This document shows positions 10,011 to 18,597 of a stretch of 64,000 nt of DNA, one piece after another. Numbering within the stretch: the first letter of the stretch is position 1; each line of letters opens with the position of its first letter. The position numbers and the translations under genes are program-made. Below the pieces are notes generated by a model that ran no database searches, was not told where the DNA came from, and saw only the letters and a list, made by a program, of their open reading frames with translations. Origin of the DNA: an uncultured Candidatus Saccharibacteria bacterium (GTDB lineage Bacteria > Patescibacteriota > Minisyncoccia > Phycocordibacterales > PALSA-1337). Where the stretch lies: assembly GCA_964495685.1 (NCBI GenBank), contig CAZBVQ010000001.1, forward strand, positions 39,477-103,476. The letters are read 5' to 3'.

Positions 10011-10126
10011 GGCCACCACAACACACAGGCACCACAATTCACCAGCAACAGAATGGTGTACGGAACATTTGTACACCACATCCTAACCTTGCTGGTGAAT
10101 TGTGGTGCCTGTGTGTTGTGGTGGCC
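10011..10126. repeat. perfect 38-bp inverted repeat (arms 10011-10048 and 10089-10126) with 40-nt spacer in the dnaA-rpmH intergenic region
   Basis: Left arm GGCCACCACAACACACAGGCACCACAATTCACCAGCAA; the right arm is its exact reverse complement. The spacer carries a nested GGTGTAC...GTACACC palindrome. It causes the mirrored ORF pair 9956..10162 / 9972..10178. Confidence 0.9.
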
Positions 10127-10183
10127 CCTAGAAAGTCGTAGGAACTTGATGAAAATCAACAAATATGTAATAGTATGATAACT

Positions 10184-10318
10184 ATGTCATTCACATACGC
10201 CCCCAAGAAACGAAAGCGAGCACGAACACATGGATTTCGTGTACGCATGAAGACGACCTCTGGTCGCAAGGCTCTTGCTCGTCGTCGTACCAAAGGACGC
10301 CGTCGCGTGGCTGTATAA
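10184..10318 (+). CDS. rpmH: 50S ribosomal protein L34
   Basis: Translates to [44 protein letters not shown]. Below the ORF-track length cutoff. Immediately upstream of rnpA. Confidence 0.9.
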   Translation: MSFTYAPKKRKRARTHGFRVRMKTTSGRKALARRRTKGRRRVAV

Positions 10319-10319
10319 T

Positions 10320-10655
10320 ATGTTGCCCCGTTCACAGAGACTCTCTGCTGAAGAACTCAACACAGTTATGGAAAAAGGAAGAGTTACCCACTCTTCCCTT
10401 TTTCTCATACGCTCACTTCCTGTAACAACAGGCACAAAAATAGCCGCAGTCGCCCCCCAGAAAATATTCAAAACAGCTGTTGCTCGTAGCAACACTCGTC
10501 GCCGGATATACAACAATCTTCCGAAAGGCGGTTTCGTTGGACAGAGATCGCAGCACATCGTTCTCGTTGCAAAACCAGCGATTATTGATGCTGACAGCAA
10601 AGCAATCCAAGAAGATACCAAGGCACTTTTTGTGAAAATAGGCATTCTGCGCTAG
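10320..10655 (+). CDS. rnpA: ribonuclease P protein component
   Basis: Basic 111-aa protein following rpmH in the conserved rpmH-rnpA-yidC order. Start set at the ATG at 10320, overlapping the rpmH stop. Confidence 0.85.
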   Translation: MLPRSQRLSAEELNTVMEKGRVTHSSLFLIRSLPVTTGTKIAAVAPQKIFKTAVARSNTRRRIYNNLPKGGFVGQRSQHIVLVAKPAIIDADSKAIQEDTKALFVKIGILR

Positions 10656-10658
10656 TAT

Positions 10659-11396
10659 GTGATGGTTATGTACACTACTTTTATATTCAAACCCCTTTAT
10701 AACGGTCTCGTTGGCATTCTTGATATTATTCCCTGGATCGATGTTGGTATTGCTGTCATTTTGTTTACTGTTATCGTTAAACTCATCCTCTTTCCCCTTT
10801 CGAAATCATCCCTCCTTACCCAGGTGCGCATGAAGCAGATCGAGCCAGAAGCCAACAAAATCAAAGCCGAATATGCCAATGACCGTCAGACGCAGACGCT
10901 CAAGGTTATGCAGCTCTACAAAGAGAAAGGCATCAAACCGTTCGCAGGTATACTGCTCTTGTTGATCCAGCTCCCTATTCTCCTCGCACTCATTTCAGTG
11001 TTCTATAAGATTATCCCTGCAATTCACCCAGAACTTCTCTATAGCTTTGTGTCGGTTCCTGATATATCCAACAAAATTTATTTCTTGGGATTAATAGATC
11101 TCACCAACAAAAGCATCATCCTTGCCCTTATTACTGGTGTGGCACAGTTTGTTCAATTACACTTCTCAATATCAGCTCGCCAAACGCAGGTCCCAGGAGG
11201 CCCTGGTATGGATATGGCAGCATCGATGACGAAACAGATGAAATATATCCTGCCAATCCTGGCATTCGCCTCAACCTACTGGCTTATTCCGGCGCAATTC
11301 CCCCAGGCCGCCTCGATTATCGCCATTTACTGGACAGTCAGTGCCCTATTCACTCTTGGGCAGGAGCTTTATATCCGGAAAAAATACGTAGGATAG
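10659..11396 (+). CDS. yidC: membrane protein insertase YidC (short monoderm-type)
   Basis: 245 aa, multi-TM, YidC/Oxa1 motifs. Synteny with rnpA. Confidence 0.85.
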   Translation: MMVMYTTFIFKPLYNGLVGILDIIPWIDVGIAVILFTVIVKLILFPLSKSSLLTQVRMKQIEPEANKIKAEYANDRQTQTLKVMQLYKEKGIKPFAGILLLLIQLPILLALISVFYKIIPAIHPELLYSFVSVPDISNKIYFLGLIDLTNKSIILALITGVAQFVQLHFSISARQTQVPGGPGMDMAASMTKQMKYILPILAFASTYWLIPAQFPQAASIIAIYWTVSALFTLGQELYIRKKYVG

Positions 11397-11403
11397 CTAT
11401 ATG

Positions 11404-11429
11404 AAAAAGGGGGCCACAGCCCCTTTTTG
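11404..11429. terminator. bidirectional intrinsic terminator hairpin (AAAAAGGGGGCCACAGCCCCTTTTTG)
   Basis: GC stem flanked by an A-run and a T-run between convergent yidC and the 11443..12756 gene. Confidence 0.55.
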
Positions 11430-11442
11430 TTGTTAGTACTTG

Positions 11443-12756
11443 TTACTTCAGATCATACGACCATAATGACAGGTCGTTTTTGTTCATGAAGAAGATGAAG
11501 TCGTCTCGATCATCGAGGCCGAGGTTGTAGGCGTCTATAACACGATCTGAAGCGTCTACGATCGAAGAAATCAAGTGTACCTCGTTGGTTGACGCGTTGA
11601 CCTGCCATAGTTTGTCAACGAAAGAGGTGTCGCCACGATACCAATCATCGGGATATGTTCCTGGAATAGGTTGTGATGGGACGGCACAATAGACCACGTC
11701 CTTGTAGGTATTACCCCAAGCACATTTGTCTGCAAGGGTGCGAATGACGGCATCAGTCCCCTTTCGCTTGGTCACATCATAAATACTCGAGACAACATTG
11801 TCAGAACTTCCTGCTGCCGAAATGAACACCTTCTTGGCATCAGTGCTGACTTTGGTGCTCAGTCCAGGCAAAGGTCCAAGAATTTTCTTCCACACACCGG
11901 TTTTGGTGTCAACGAAATAAAGATACCCACGTTCACTGGCGGCACCCTTGGTGGTGATGGCGATGGTCTGGTCTTCGGGCCACTCAGCATTGACTTGGGT
12001 GAGTGGTGTGACGAACAGCTGGGTCGGGGATGAACCGTCGAACTTGAATATATAGCCGACCCCCACACCTTTCTCTGATAGAAGCATAAATACACGGTCT
12101 TTTTTGGGCGATACCGCATATGTCAGGATCGTGCTCGGTAGATTCTTGCCGCGCAGTTCGTAAGGGGTCAAGGAAGTGAGCGCTACCTGGGGTGTCGAGG
12201 TGCTTGCCTTGGGCATGATACGTGCACGGAGTTCGGCCCATATGCCAGAAATGGTATTGGCATCAGATATGCCGAAGGCCATGAATGAGGTGAGGTTCTT
12301 GTTCCACAAACTCTCGTACATTTTGGGCACAACGGTATTGGATATAGTTGTAATGTCGAGCGTATTGCCGCGGGCTTCATATACATTACCGCGACCGCGG
12401 TCGAGCCAACGGACGACAGTGGTGCTACTGGCGATCGGAGTCTTGACAGTGCCTGTAGTGCTTGCGCCATATCCAGAGACTGGAGTGTTACTGAGAAGAC
12501 GCAAAGCGGGAATCTTGAGTTGGGTACCGGTGGCGGTGGATGCACGCGTTGTGGTGGCGGGCTGAGTCGATGTTGAAGTGGCGCTTGATCGTGGGCCTCC
12601 CCTATCGAAGGGCGAGAAACCTCCCTGGTCAGGCGTCTCGGTGACCGGGGTATCTATACTTGTTGTATCACGCAAGAAAAACTGCCAGTATGCCAAAGCG
12701 ACGATGATGACGATGACGATGAATGCTATGAAATAGTGGAGGGTTTTGCGAGTCAT
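11443..12756 (-). CDS. hypothetical membrane-anchored protein with Ser/Thr-rich linker (last gene of the T4SS-like operon)
   Basis: N-terminal TM helix, low-complexity STSTQPATTTRASTATGT linker, beta-rich C-terminal region. Confidence 0.5.
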   Translation of the reverse strand: MTRKTLHYFIAFIVIVIIVALAYWQFFLRDTTSIDTPVTETPDQGGFSPFDRGGPRSSATSTSTQPATTTRASTATGTQLKIPALRLLSNTPVSGYGASTTGTVKTPIASSTTVVRWLDRGRGNVYEARGNTLDITTISNTVVPKMYESLWNKNLTSFMAFGISDANTISGIWAELRARIMPKASTSTPQVALTSLTPYELRGKNLPSTILTYAVSPKKDRVFMLLSEKGVGVGYIFKFDGSSPTQLFVTPLTQVNAEWPEDQTIAITTKGAASERGYLYFVDTKTGVWKKILGPLPGLSTKVSTDAKKVFISAAGSSDNVVSSIYDVTKRKGTDAVIRTLADKCAWGNTYKDVVYCAVPSQPIPGTYPDDWYRGDTSFVDKLWQVNASTNEVHLISSIVDASDRVIDAYNLGLDDRDDFIFFMNKNDLSLWSYDLK

Positions 12757-12761
12757 TATAT

Positions 12762-14087
12762 TTACTGTATTTTCAAACTTTTTAGCTTCTGCCTAGCCTC
12801 AGTTGCTTTTTGCACTAATTGTTGGCATAGGGCAGGGTCACTAACACTGCTCGAGCAACCATTAACTACGGTATTAATTTGATTCTGTGCATACCCAACG
12901 GCCTCATTTAAAGTTCTCGCATTGCTTGACTGGTACCACCAAGCAACTGGCCCCCATAGATCTTTGTCATTAATGACCACTTGTGTTGCGTAGGCAACCT
13001 GAGTGTTTATTTGCTCGAGCTTGTTTGAGTAGTTTGTATAATCTTCCAAGGACTTTAATTGATTCGGAGCTGCTCCGATCGCTATAAGGGCAGCACGTCT
13101 TGTCTGATATTCACTATTCAAATCAGTACTTAGTTGTTCAGGGGTTTTGTTTGCTATTGATCCAGTAGAAGGGTCACTGTCCAAAACTCTTTGATTTATA
13201 GCGGCTTTTGCAACAACCAAGAGAGCATTTGCTTGCTCGTCTCTTATTGCCGCATCCTGTGCCAGTATTTGAGTGGCAATACTCCGAGCGTCCGATCCCA
13301 ACCCAGACGACCGATTTGCAAGGGCTAGGCAGGGGTCTTTATATGGGGCGCCGGAATTTTGTTGTAATAGTAAAGGATCACTGACAGATATATTCGCCGT
13401 CAACTGATCACACAAAGATTTTTTTCGTTCTTCTAGTGTTGAAACGATTTGTTGGGATTTTGCCAAATCTTGTTTGGCTGATTCAACGCTTGTATGAAAT
13501 TCCGACATTGTCTTTGTAAGTTGTCCAAAAAAAGTAGACGCCGACGATGAGACACAACGACTATCCGTTACGGATAGTTCACGATTACTCGCACAGCGTA
13601 TATCTATCGGCGTTACCAATGTGGTCGGTATTTGCACTAGTCGCGGGTCAATCGTCCGCAGTATCAAATATGAACACAGTATAAGAACGAGTCCATAAAC
13701 TGCATTCTTAAGCTTTTCGAGCCCAGCGCTCTTTTGGTTGTAAGAATCTGAACTCATATATTCGAAGCCGCCCCAGACAATCATAAACACGGCCAATACG
13801 GCCGCCAATGCAATAACCAAATTGAATGCATACTGAACATAATTCTCGAAATTAATAGACGTCATCTGGGTGTTACCTCCACAGGTGATGGCCGGAGTTA
13901 CAACTTCTCCCCTCTCGTTCTGTACGGCCGCACTTTCGATACAAGGCAGGGGTTCCAAAAGTGTATACTCAACTTGCTTCTCTTGGGCGAACACAAACGG
14001 TGTCGACATTATGAGTACACCGACGAATAATGCCGTACAGATGACACTGAGTAGCCAGATATATTTTTTATTGAAAGTGTATGTCAT
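12762..14087 (-). CDS. VirB2/TrbC-like pilin domain protein with about 300-aa C-terminal extension
   Basis: Signal peptide, then two hydrophobic helices separated by a short charged loop (YAFNLVIALAAVLAVFMIVWGGFEYMSS ... NAVYGLVLILCSYLIL), as in TrbC/VirB2 pilins. Long coiled C-terminal region. Confidence 0.4.
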   Translation of the reverse strand: MTYTFNKKYIWLLSVICTALFVGVLIMSTPFVFAQEKQVEYTLLEPLPCIESAAVQNERGEVVTPAITCGGNTQMTSINFENYVQYAFNLVIALAAVLAVFMIVWGGFEYMSSDSYNQKSAGLEKLKNAVYGLVLILCSYLILRTIDPRLVQIPTTLVTPIDIRCASNRELSVTDSRCVSSSASTFFGQLTKTMSEFHTSVESAKQDLAKSQQIVSTLEERKKSLCDQLTANISVSDPLLLQQNSGAPYKDPCLALANRSSGLGSDARSIATQILAQDAAIRDEQANALLVVAKAAINQRVLDSDPSTGSIANKTPEQLSTDLNSEYQTRRAALIAIGAAPNQLKSLEDYTNYSNKLEQINTQVAYATQVVINDKDLWGPVAWWYQSSNARTLNEAVGYAQNQINTVVNGCSSSVSDPALCQQLVQKATEARQKLKSLKIQ

Positions 14088-14089
14088 AT

Positions 14090-15100
14090 CTAAAACGTAG
14101 TTGCATTAGTTTCTTTTTGGTTTGAAAAAATAACCGAAAACCCAGAAGTTGCCCCTTGCAGTATACGTTCTGTGCTTCCGATATTCAGACGAACCTGAGA
14201 GGTTCCAGAAGATCCTTCGGGTGCACGGAGGATAACAGATTTTTTTGATGATAGAGTGTCCCTCTTGAGATTGTTTATACCCCAATTCCATTCGGTTTCA
14301 GGAGTGTCCACAGCATTAAAACCAAACGGAACACCAAAGACGGTCACCTCTTTTTGTTGACCCACGTATACAGTATTGGTGATTGAACGATTGAATAATG
14401 GACCATACGTGGCATCATCAACGTAAAATCCAATAGAAGGTGTACCACTTTGAACCGATGCATACGCTACGGCGGAGGCGCTGTTGTCGCGGGGCCAAAC
14501 AGTGACCGATATGTCGTAAGGTCGTGGGACAACGTCTCCTGCTATCAGTACATATTGTTTGCCGTACCCAGACTGATCCTCAATAACACGACCATTCTTT
14601 TTCCATTGGTATACAAGAGACGATGGATCATATTCTATCCCTGCTGAATTTGCCACGTGCGCTATAGCGGCAATTTTAATAGTGTTTTGGTATACAGGAG
14701 AGAGTTTGCCTCGGAAGAAAGGGGGCGTGTATCCATCAGTCTCAAATACTAGATCGACAAAACCAGACCCTAAGGTGAAGGAATTTTTTATGACTGTGCC
14801 GTCCGTATTGACCGCGGTGACCTCTATTGACATTTTTTTGCCTAGAATCGGAGCGATAACCTCGAGCGATGTAGCACCTGTCGCACTGCGCACCACCTTA
14901 CCATCAACAACCCAAGTAACCTTTGCGGCATTGATATCAATAGTGTAACTACGTGCGGTAATGGTGACCGTCTGTCCTGGTACAGGATTGTCTGTCGACG
15001 GGGATAGCTCGAGGCCGCCTGTCACTGATATTTGGGCGTGGGCGGACGAAAATACAAAGAAATAAGACAGGAATACAACTAGAAATAGGCGCGATTTCAT
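14090..15100 (-). CDS. hypothetical secreted beta-rich protein
   Basis: Signal peptide MKSRLFLVVFLSYFFVFSSAHAQ when started at the internal ATG at 15100. Repetitive beta-strand (Ig-like) sequence. Confidence 0.5.
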   Translation of the reverse strand: MKSRLFLVVFLSYFFVFSSAHAQISVTGGLELSPSTDNPVPGQTVTITARSYTIDINAAKVTWVVDGKVVRSATGATSLEVIAPILGKKMSIEVTAVNTDGTVIKNSFTLGSGFVDLVFETDGYTPPFFRGKLSPVYQNTIKIAAIAHVANSAGIEYDPSSLVYQWKKNGRVIEDQSGYGKQYVLIAGDVVPRPYDISVTVWPRDNSASAVAYASVQSGTPSIGFYVDDATYGPLFNRSITNTVYVGQQKEVTVFGVPFGFNAVDTPETEWNWGINNLKRDTLSSKKSVILRAPEGSSGTSQVRLNIGSTERILQGATSGFSVIFSNQKETNATTF

Positions 15101-15158
15101 TGTCCATATTTTACCACGGAGCCAGAACGTAGTCCTCGTGGTATTCGGGGATAAATAA

Positions 15159-15626
15159 CTATCCTTGAGCTGGTAGGCCCCCGTTAGGAGCGCGCACTCC
15201 CGCCCCTTCCCCACCATTCAAGGGTTCTCTGGGTCGGGGTTCTCGGCGCCCATTGAAGTTGAGCATGGTTTTTGCTGAGCCAATCTGTTTTCCTTGTGAT
15301 AGTGGCTTGATCACAGAAACACCAGCTTTGTCCTCAATTCGAGTGATGAGTATTATGGCTATTATCCCGGCAGTTACTTCGATAGGTAATTCCTGCACGA
15401 CGGGTATAAGTGATGCAACCCAAGAAATAGCCATGGCGGCCAACTTTCTACCATTGAACAGGCCCAGGCCCTTCGTCCAACCATATAGGGCGAAGAATAT
15501 CCAAAACAATGAGGCCGTAATATCCTTTGCAAAAGGGATCAATCCTATCAGGTCAGCAATAAATGCAAGGGCGATCAGTATGACTACCATTGCCGTCCCT
15601 ATTCTATATTTCGGCTTGTTCACCAT
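15159..15626 (-). CDS. hypothetical small polytopic membrane protein
   Basis: 155 aa, about 3 TM helices, Gly/Pro-rich C-terminus. Lies between the VirB4-like ATPase and the secreted protein. Confidence 0.5.
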   Translation of the reverse strand: MVNKPKYRIGTAMVVILIALAFIADLIGLIPFAKDITASLFWIFFALYGWTKGLGLFNGRKLAAMAISWVASLIPVVQELPIEVTAGIIAIILITRIEDKAGVSVIKPLSQGKQIGSAKTMLNFNGRREPRPREPLNGGEGAGVRAPNGGLPAQG

Positions 15627-15641
15627 GCCGTTAGTATACCA

Positions 15642-17456
15642 CTATCCCGCCTGTTCCAGCTGTTTCTTTGCATCCTTGATGGCCAGTACCTGTGCAGGAT
15701 TGGTGGTGATGATCTGGTCTTCTGTATATGACCCGACGACCTTGATAGCCACGTGTTTGAGCCCTACGAAGAATATGCCCTCCCCTACATCAGATTCGAG
15801 CAAGAGATACTTCTCCTCGTCGGTTAGGTTGAATGTTTTCTGGATATGGTCGATGACTGTCGGAGATTGTTTGAGCAAGATCTGGATGGATGAGTTGGTC
15901 ACGATAGGCATACCATACGGAGAATTCAAGAAGTCATCCACGTCTTGTGTGATAGTCGAGAGGCCCAAGAAATATTTGCGACCACGCTTGGCTAGGCCGA
16001 ACAAGAATGAGGCGGTGTCCTCTGACTTCATCATCCACCACGCCTCATCGATGACCAAGAGGCGACGCTTCAAATTCTTGCGAATAGCGTTCCATATATA
16101 GTGAGTGACGATATACATGGCCACTGGCTTGAGCTCATCCTCCATGTCGCGGAGGGAGAAAACCACGAATTTCTTATTGATATCGACATTCGAGGGACGA
16201 TTGATGAAGCCGGCCCAAGTACCCTTGGTATATTTGGACAGACGTTGGACCAGAGAGTCGCCGCCTTCCATTCCTGCCAATACCAGCTCGAAGTCTGAGA
16301 GCAGTGGTGGCTCTACGGTGCGGAAATCGGCCTCAGGTGTAATATCCTTGAGAGCGTATGTCTCACTGATAGCACGATCGATGATGGCGTCCTCTTCTTG
16401 GGTCAGGCCACCAAGCATGATGCGGAAGAGACCGACGAGGTTGATGATGTTGGAGCGGAGGACGTCAGCTGCAGACTCATCTTCACGGGGAATCGGTAAG
16501 TCGAACGGGTTGATATGGTGTTCGGAGTTGAGCGAGATGTTGAAGTACTTCCCTCCTGTGGCCTCAGCCATGTACTCATATTCTTTTTCGGGGTCAATGA
16601 CGATGACGTCAGTATCGAACATGAGGGTGCGTAGAATCTCGAGCTTGGTCGTATATGATTTACCAGCACCAGCAGTAGCGAAGGTGACGGAGTTGTAGTT
16701 TTCGAGGGAGAAACGATCGAACAAGACAAGTGATGAATTGTGGCGGTTGATACCGTACAGGATACCCTTGTCTGATGTAAGGTCGAATGATACGAATGGA
16801 AATAGTGATGAGAGTGGCGAGGAATTGAGCTTGGAATGGACAGTGAGCTGGTCGTCGGCAATGGGAATAACTGATTTGAAGCCTTGTTCCTGCTGGAATA
16901 GAGCCGGTTTGACGTACACGAGCTTGGATTCAAGAATGGATTTGATTTCGGATTCAAGCTTATCGAGCTCACCTTCTGAGTCGGCAAACAAAGTGATGTA
17001 CACACCTACGTCGAAGAGGTGTTCTTGTGCCTGCATCAATTGGTCACGGAGCTGTTCGAGGTCTTGGTATGCAGTATCCAGCGCTGGATCACGGACGAGG
17101 CCCTTGTCTTCCCTGCGCGAGATCTGACTCTGGACTTCAGCCACCTTCTTCTGGAAATGGCGCAGAATCTTTGCCGTATCTACTGGGTGGATGAATATTG
17201 ATATGTTAAAAATTTTGTCGAGGTTGATGATGGGGGCAAACCAGCTCTCATCAAGGAAGCGCGGGTATGAAATAACGAATAGAGTGCGCCCCACCTTCTC
17301 GCCAAGATTGAGATCCTTGGGACTTATTTTGAGAGCTGATGGTGAAATGACGTCTTTGAGCTCCAAAACACCGGCCTGATATATTTCTTCCGGCAGAATA
17401 GAAACGATCGGGGATCGCTCATCTTTCTTGCCGAATAAAGTGCTTAAGAATGACAT
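15642..17456 (-). CDS. VirB4/TrbE/CagE-family T4SS ATPase, C-terminal ATPase part
   Basis: Walker A TFATAGAGKSYTTK, Walker B LLVIDEAWWMM and VirB4 signature blocks. Starts 1 nt after the stop of the upstream ORF (TAAcATG). Confidence 0.85.
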   Translation of the reverse strand: MSFLSTLFGKKDERSPIVSILPEEIYQAGVLELKDVISPSALKISPKDLNLGEKVGRTLFVISYPRFLDESWFAPIINLDKIFNISIFIHPVDTAKILRHFQKKVAEVQSQISRREDKGLVRDPALDTAYQDLEQLRDQLMQAQEHLFDVGVYITLFADSEGELDKLESEIKSILESKLVYVKPALFQQEQGFKSVIPIADDQLTVHSKLNSSPLSSLFPFVSFDLTSDKGILYGINRHNSSLVLFDRFSLENYNSVTFATAGAGKSYTTKLEILRTLMFDTDVIVIDPEKEYEYMAEATGGKYFNISLNSEHHINPFDLPIPREDESAADVLRSNIINLVGLFRIMLGGLTQEEDAIIDRAISETYALKDITPEADFRTVEPPLLSDFELVLAGMEGGDSLVQRLSKYTKGTWAGFINRPSNVDINKKFVVFSLRDMEDELKPVAMYIVTHYIWNAIRKNLKRRLLVIDEAWWMMKSEDTASFLFGLAKRGRKYFLGLSTITQDVDDFLNSPYGMPIVTNSSIQILLKQSPTVIDHIQKTFNLTDEEKYLLLESDVGEGIFFVGLKHVAIKVVGSYTEDQIITTNPAQVLAIKDAKKQLEQAG

Positions 17457-17457
17457 G

Positions 17458-18096
17458 TTAGGTTATTTGGATGGGCTTCTCTGTCTCTCCAGGGTTGAAC
17501 AGTTTGTAGAACAATTCTACCACTTCTTCGGTGCCGAGCTCAGCGGCTCTAATGCCACAACGCACGAGACCTTGTTCGACTACTGCTACGCGCTGCTCGA
17601 GCTGGCTTCGATATTCCTGGAATTGGGCATCTGCTGTAGTATTTCCCGTCTTGGCGCTCTTGCTCGGAAGGATACTTGAGATGGGGTTTTTGCTAGCAGT
17701 TATGAGTGGCGGATCATATGGCACGACGACGAAGAAGCTCTTAGACATGATGTTGGTACTCTCGACGAATGTCTTAATGAACTCGATATATTCGCGGACC
17801 TGTATTTTCATAAGCTCAGTCGCCTGCTCTTTGTAGCGATCCTCGAGAAGTGCAATATAGGGGCGGATGTCGAGTTTCTTGGACTGTACGAATATCTGGA
17901 TCGAGAAATCGAGCGAATTCACGAAATTTTGGAACTGCATCAAGATAGAACTCTGCTCATCTTGTGATTTGAGGGCGAAGTTGAGGGATGACACGAGCAC
18001 GATGGCGCGCATACCACCATTTTTAAGGATGATGATTCCATCACGGATTTCCTGGATGGGGATGAAATCTTGGGTTGTTTTTGATGGGGCGGCCAT
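17458..18096 (-). CDS. VirB4-family N-terminal domain encoded as a separate ORF
   Basis: TQDFIPIQEIRDGIIILKNGGMRAIVLVSSLNFALKS matches the N-terminal domain of PrgJ/TcpF-type VirB4. 212 aa + 604 aa together make the usual ~800-aa VirB4. Confidence 0.6.
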   Translation of the reverse strand: MAAPSKTTQDFIPIQEIRDGIIILKNGGMRAIVLVSSLNFALKSQDEQSSILMQFQNFVNSLDFSIQIFVQSKKLDIRPYIALLEDRYKEQATELMKIQVREYIEFIKTFVESTNIMSKSFFVVVPYDPPLITASKNPISSILPSKSAKTGNTTADAQFQEYRSQLEQRVAVVEQGLVRCGIRAAELGTEEVVELFYKLFNPGETEKPIQIT

Positions 18097-18533
18097 TAGC
18101 GTTGATTTTTATTGGAATACATACTTTCCTTAATATCGAGACTCCAGCTCAGGTCTTTGAGTTTGCTGTCAGATATTTTGGGCACCATGATCGAGGCGTA
18201 GTTCCTGGCGTCCTTGACGGCAGTATCAGTGTTGCGCGGTCTGGGCTTCTCGACCTTCCTCCATATATAGAGTTTGTTGCCGAGGTAATACTTGAAAGCG
18301 GCCTCGACGGTGTTGACGAACGGTTGGCGTGGATTGATTTTGTAGAAAGCAAACGCGGCTGAAATGGCCATAATGAGGATGATGGGCACGATCGCCAAGG
18401 TGACACTGTTCAAGAATACGTAGACAATGAAAGAGAGACCTCCCCCACCGGCGAGGTAAATGAATTGTTTGAGTGTCAGCGGGCCGAATATCTTGTCTTC
18501 AACCTCAATAAATTGGGGAACTTGGAATCGCAT
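18096..18533 (-). CDS. PrgI/VirB3-like small membrane protein
   Basis: MRFQVPQFIEVEDKIFGPLTLKQFIYLAGG followed by two TM helices. Same pattern and position (just upstream of VirB4) as PrgI-family proteins. Confidence 0.55.
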   Translation of the reverse strand: MRFQVPQFIEVEDKIFGPLTLKQFIYLAGGGGLSFIVYVFLNSVTLAIVPIILIMAISAAFAFYKINPRQPFVNTVEAAFKYYLGNKLYIWRKVEKPRPRNTDTAVKDARNYASIMVPKISDSKLKDLSWSLDIKESMYSNKNQR

Positions 18534-18597
18534 CGTACTCTATTATATCCTATAGCGTCGAGTCCGGATATGTGGAAGGTGTCAGTGGGCCGTACGT

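Noticed and set aside
9956-10178. Mirror-image ORFs 9956..10162 (-) and 9972..10178 (+), both encoding GHHNTQAPQFTS
   Set aside because: They are produced by the perfect 38-bp inverted repeat and lie in the dnaA-rpmH promoter region, so they are not genes.
10187-10645. 152-aa minus-strand ORF
   Set aside because: Antisense to rpmH and rnpA, which have strong homology support.
15253-16101. 282-aa plus-strand ORF
   Set aside because: It runs antisense across two well-supported minus-strand genes (the membrane protein and VirB4) and gives a hydrophobic, low-complexity shadow translation.
16105-17005. Ser-rich antisense ORFs 16105..16698 (+) and 16403..17005 (-)
   Set aside because: They are embedded in or antisense to the VirB4 ATPase gene, and their composition (S/T/P-rich) is typical of out-of-frame translation.
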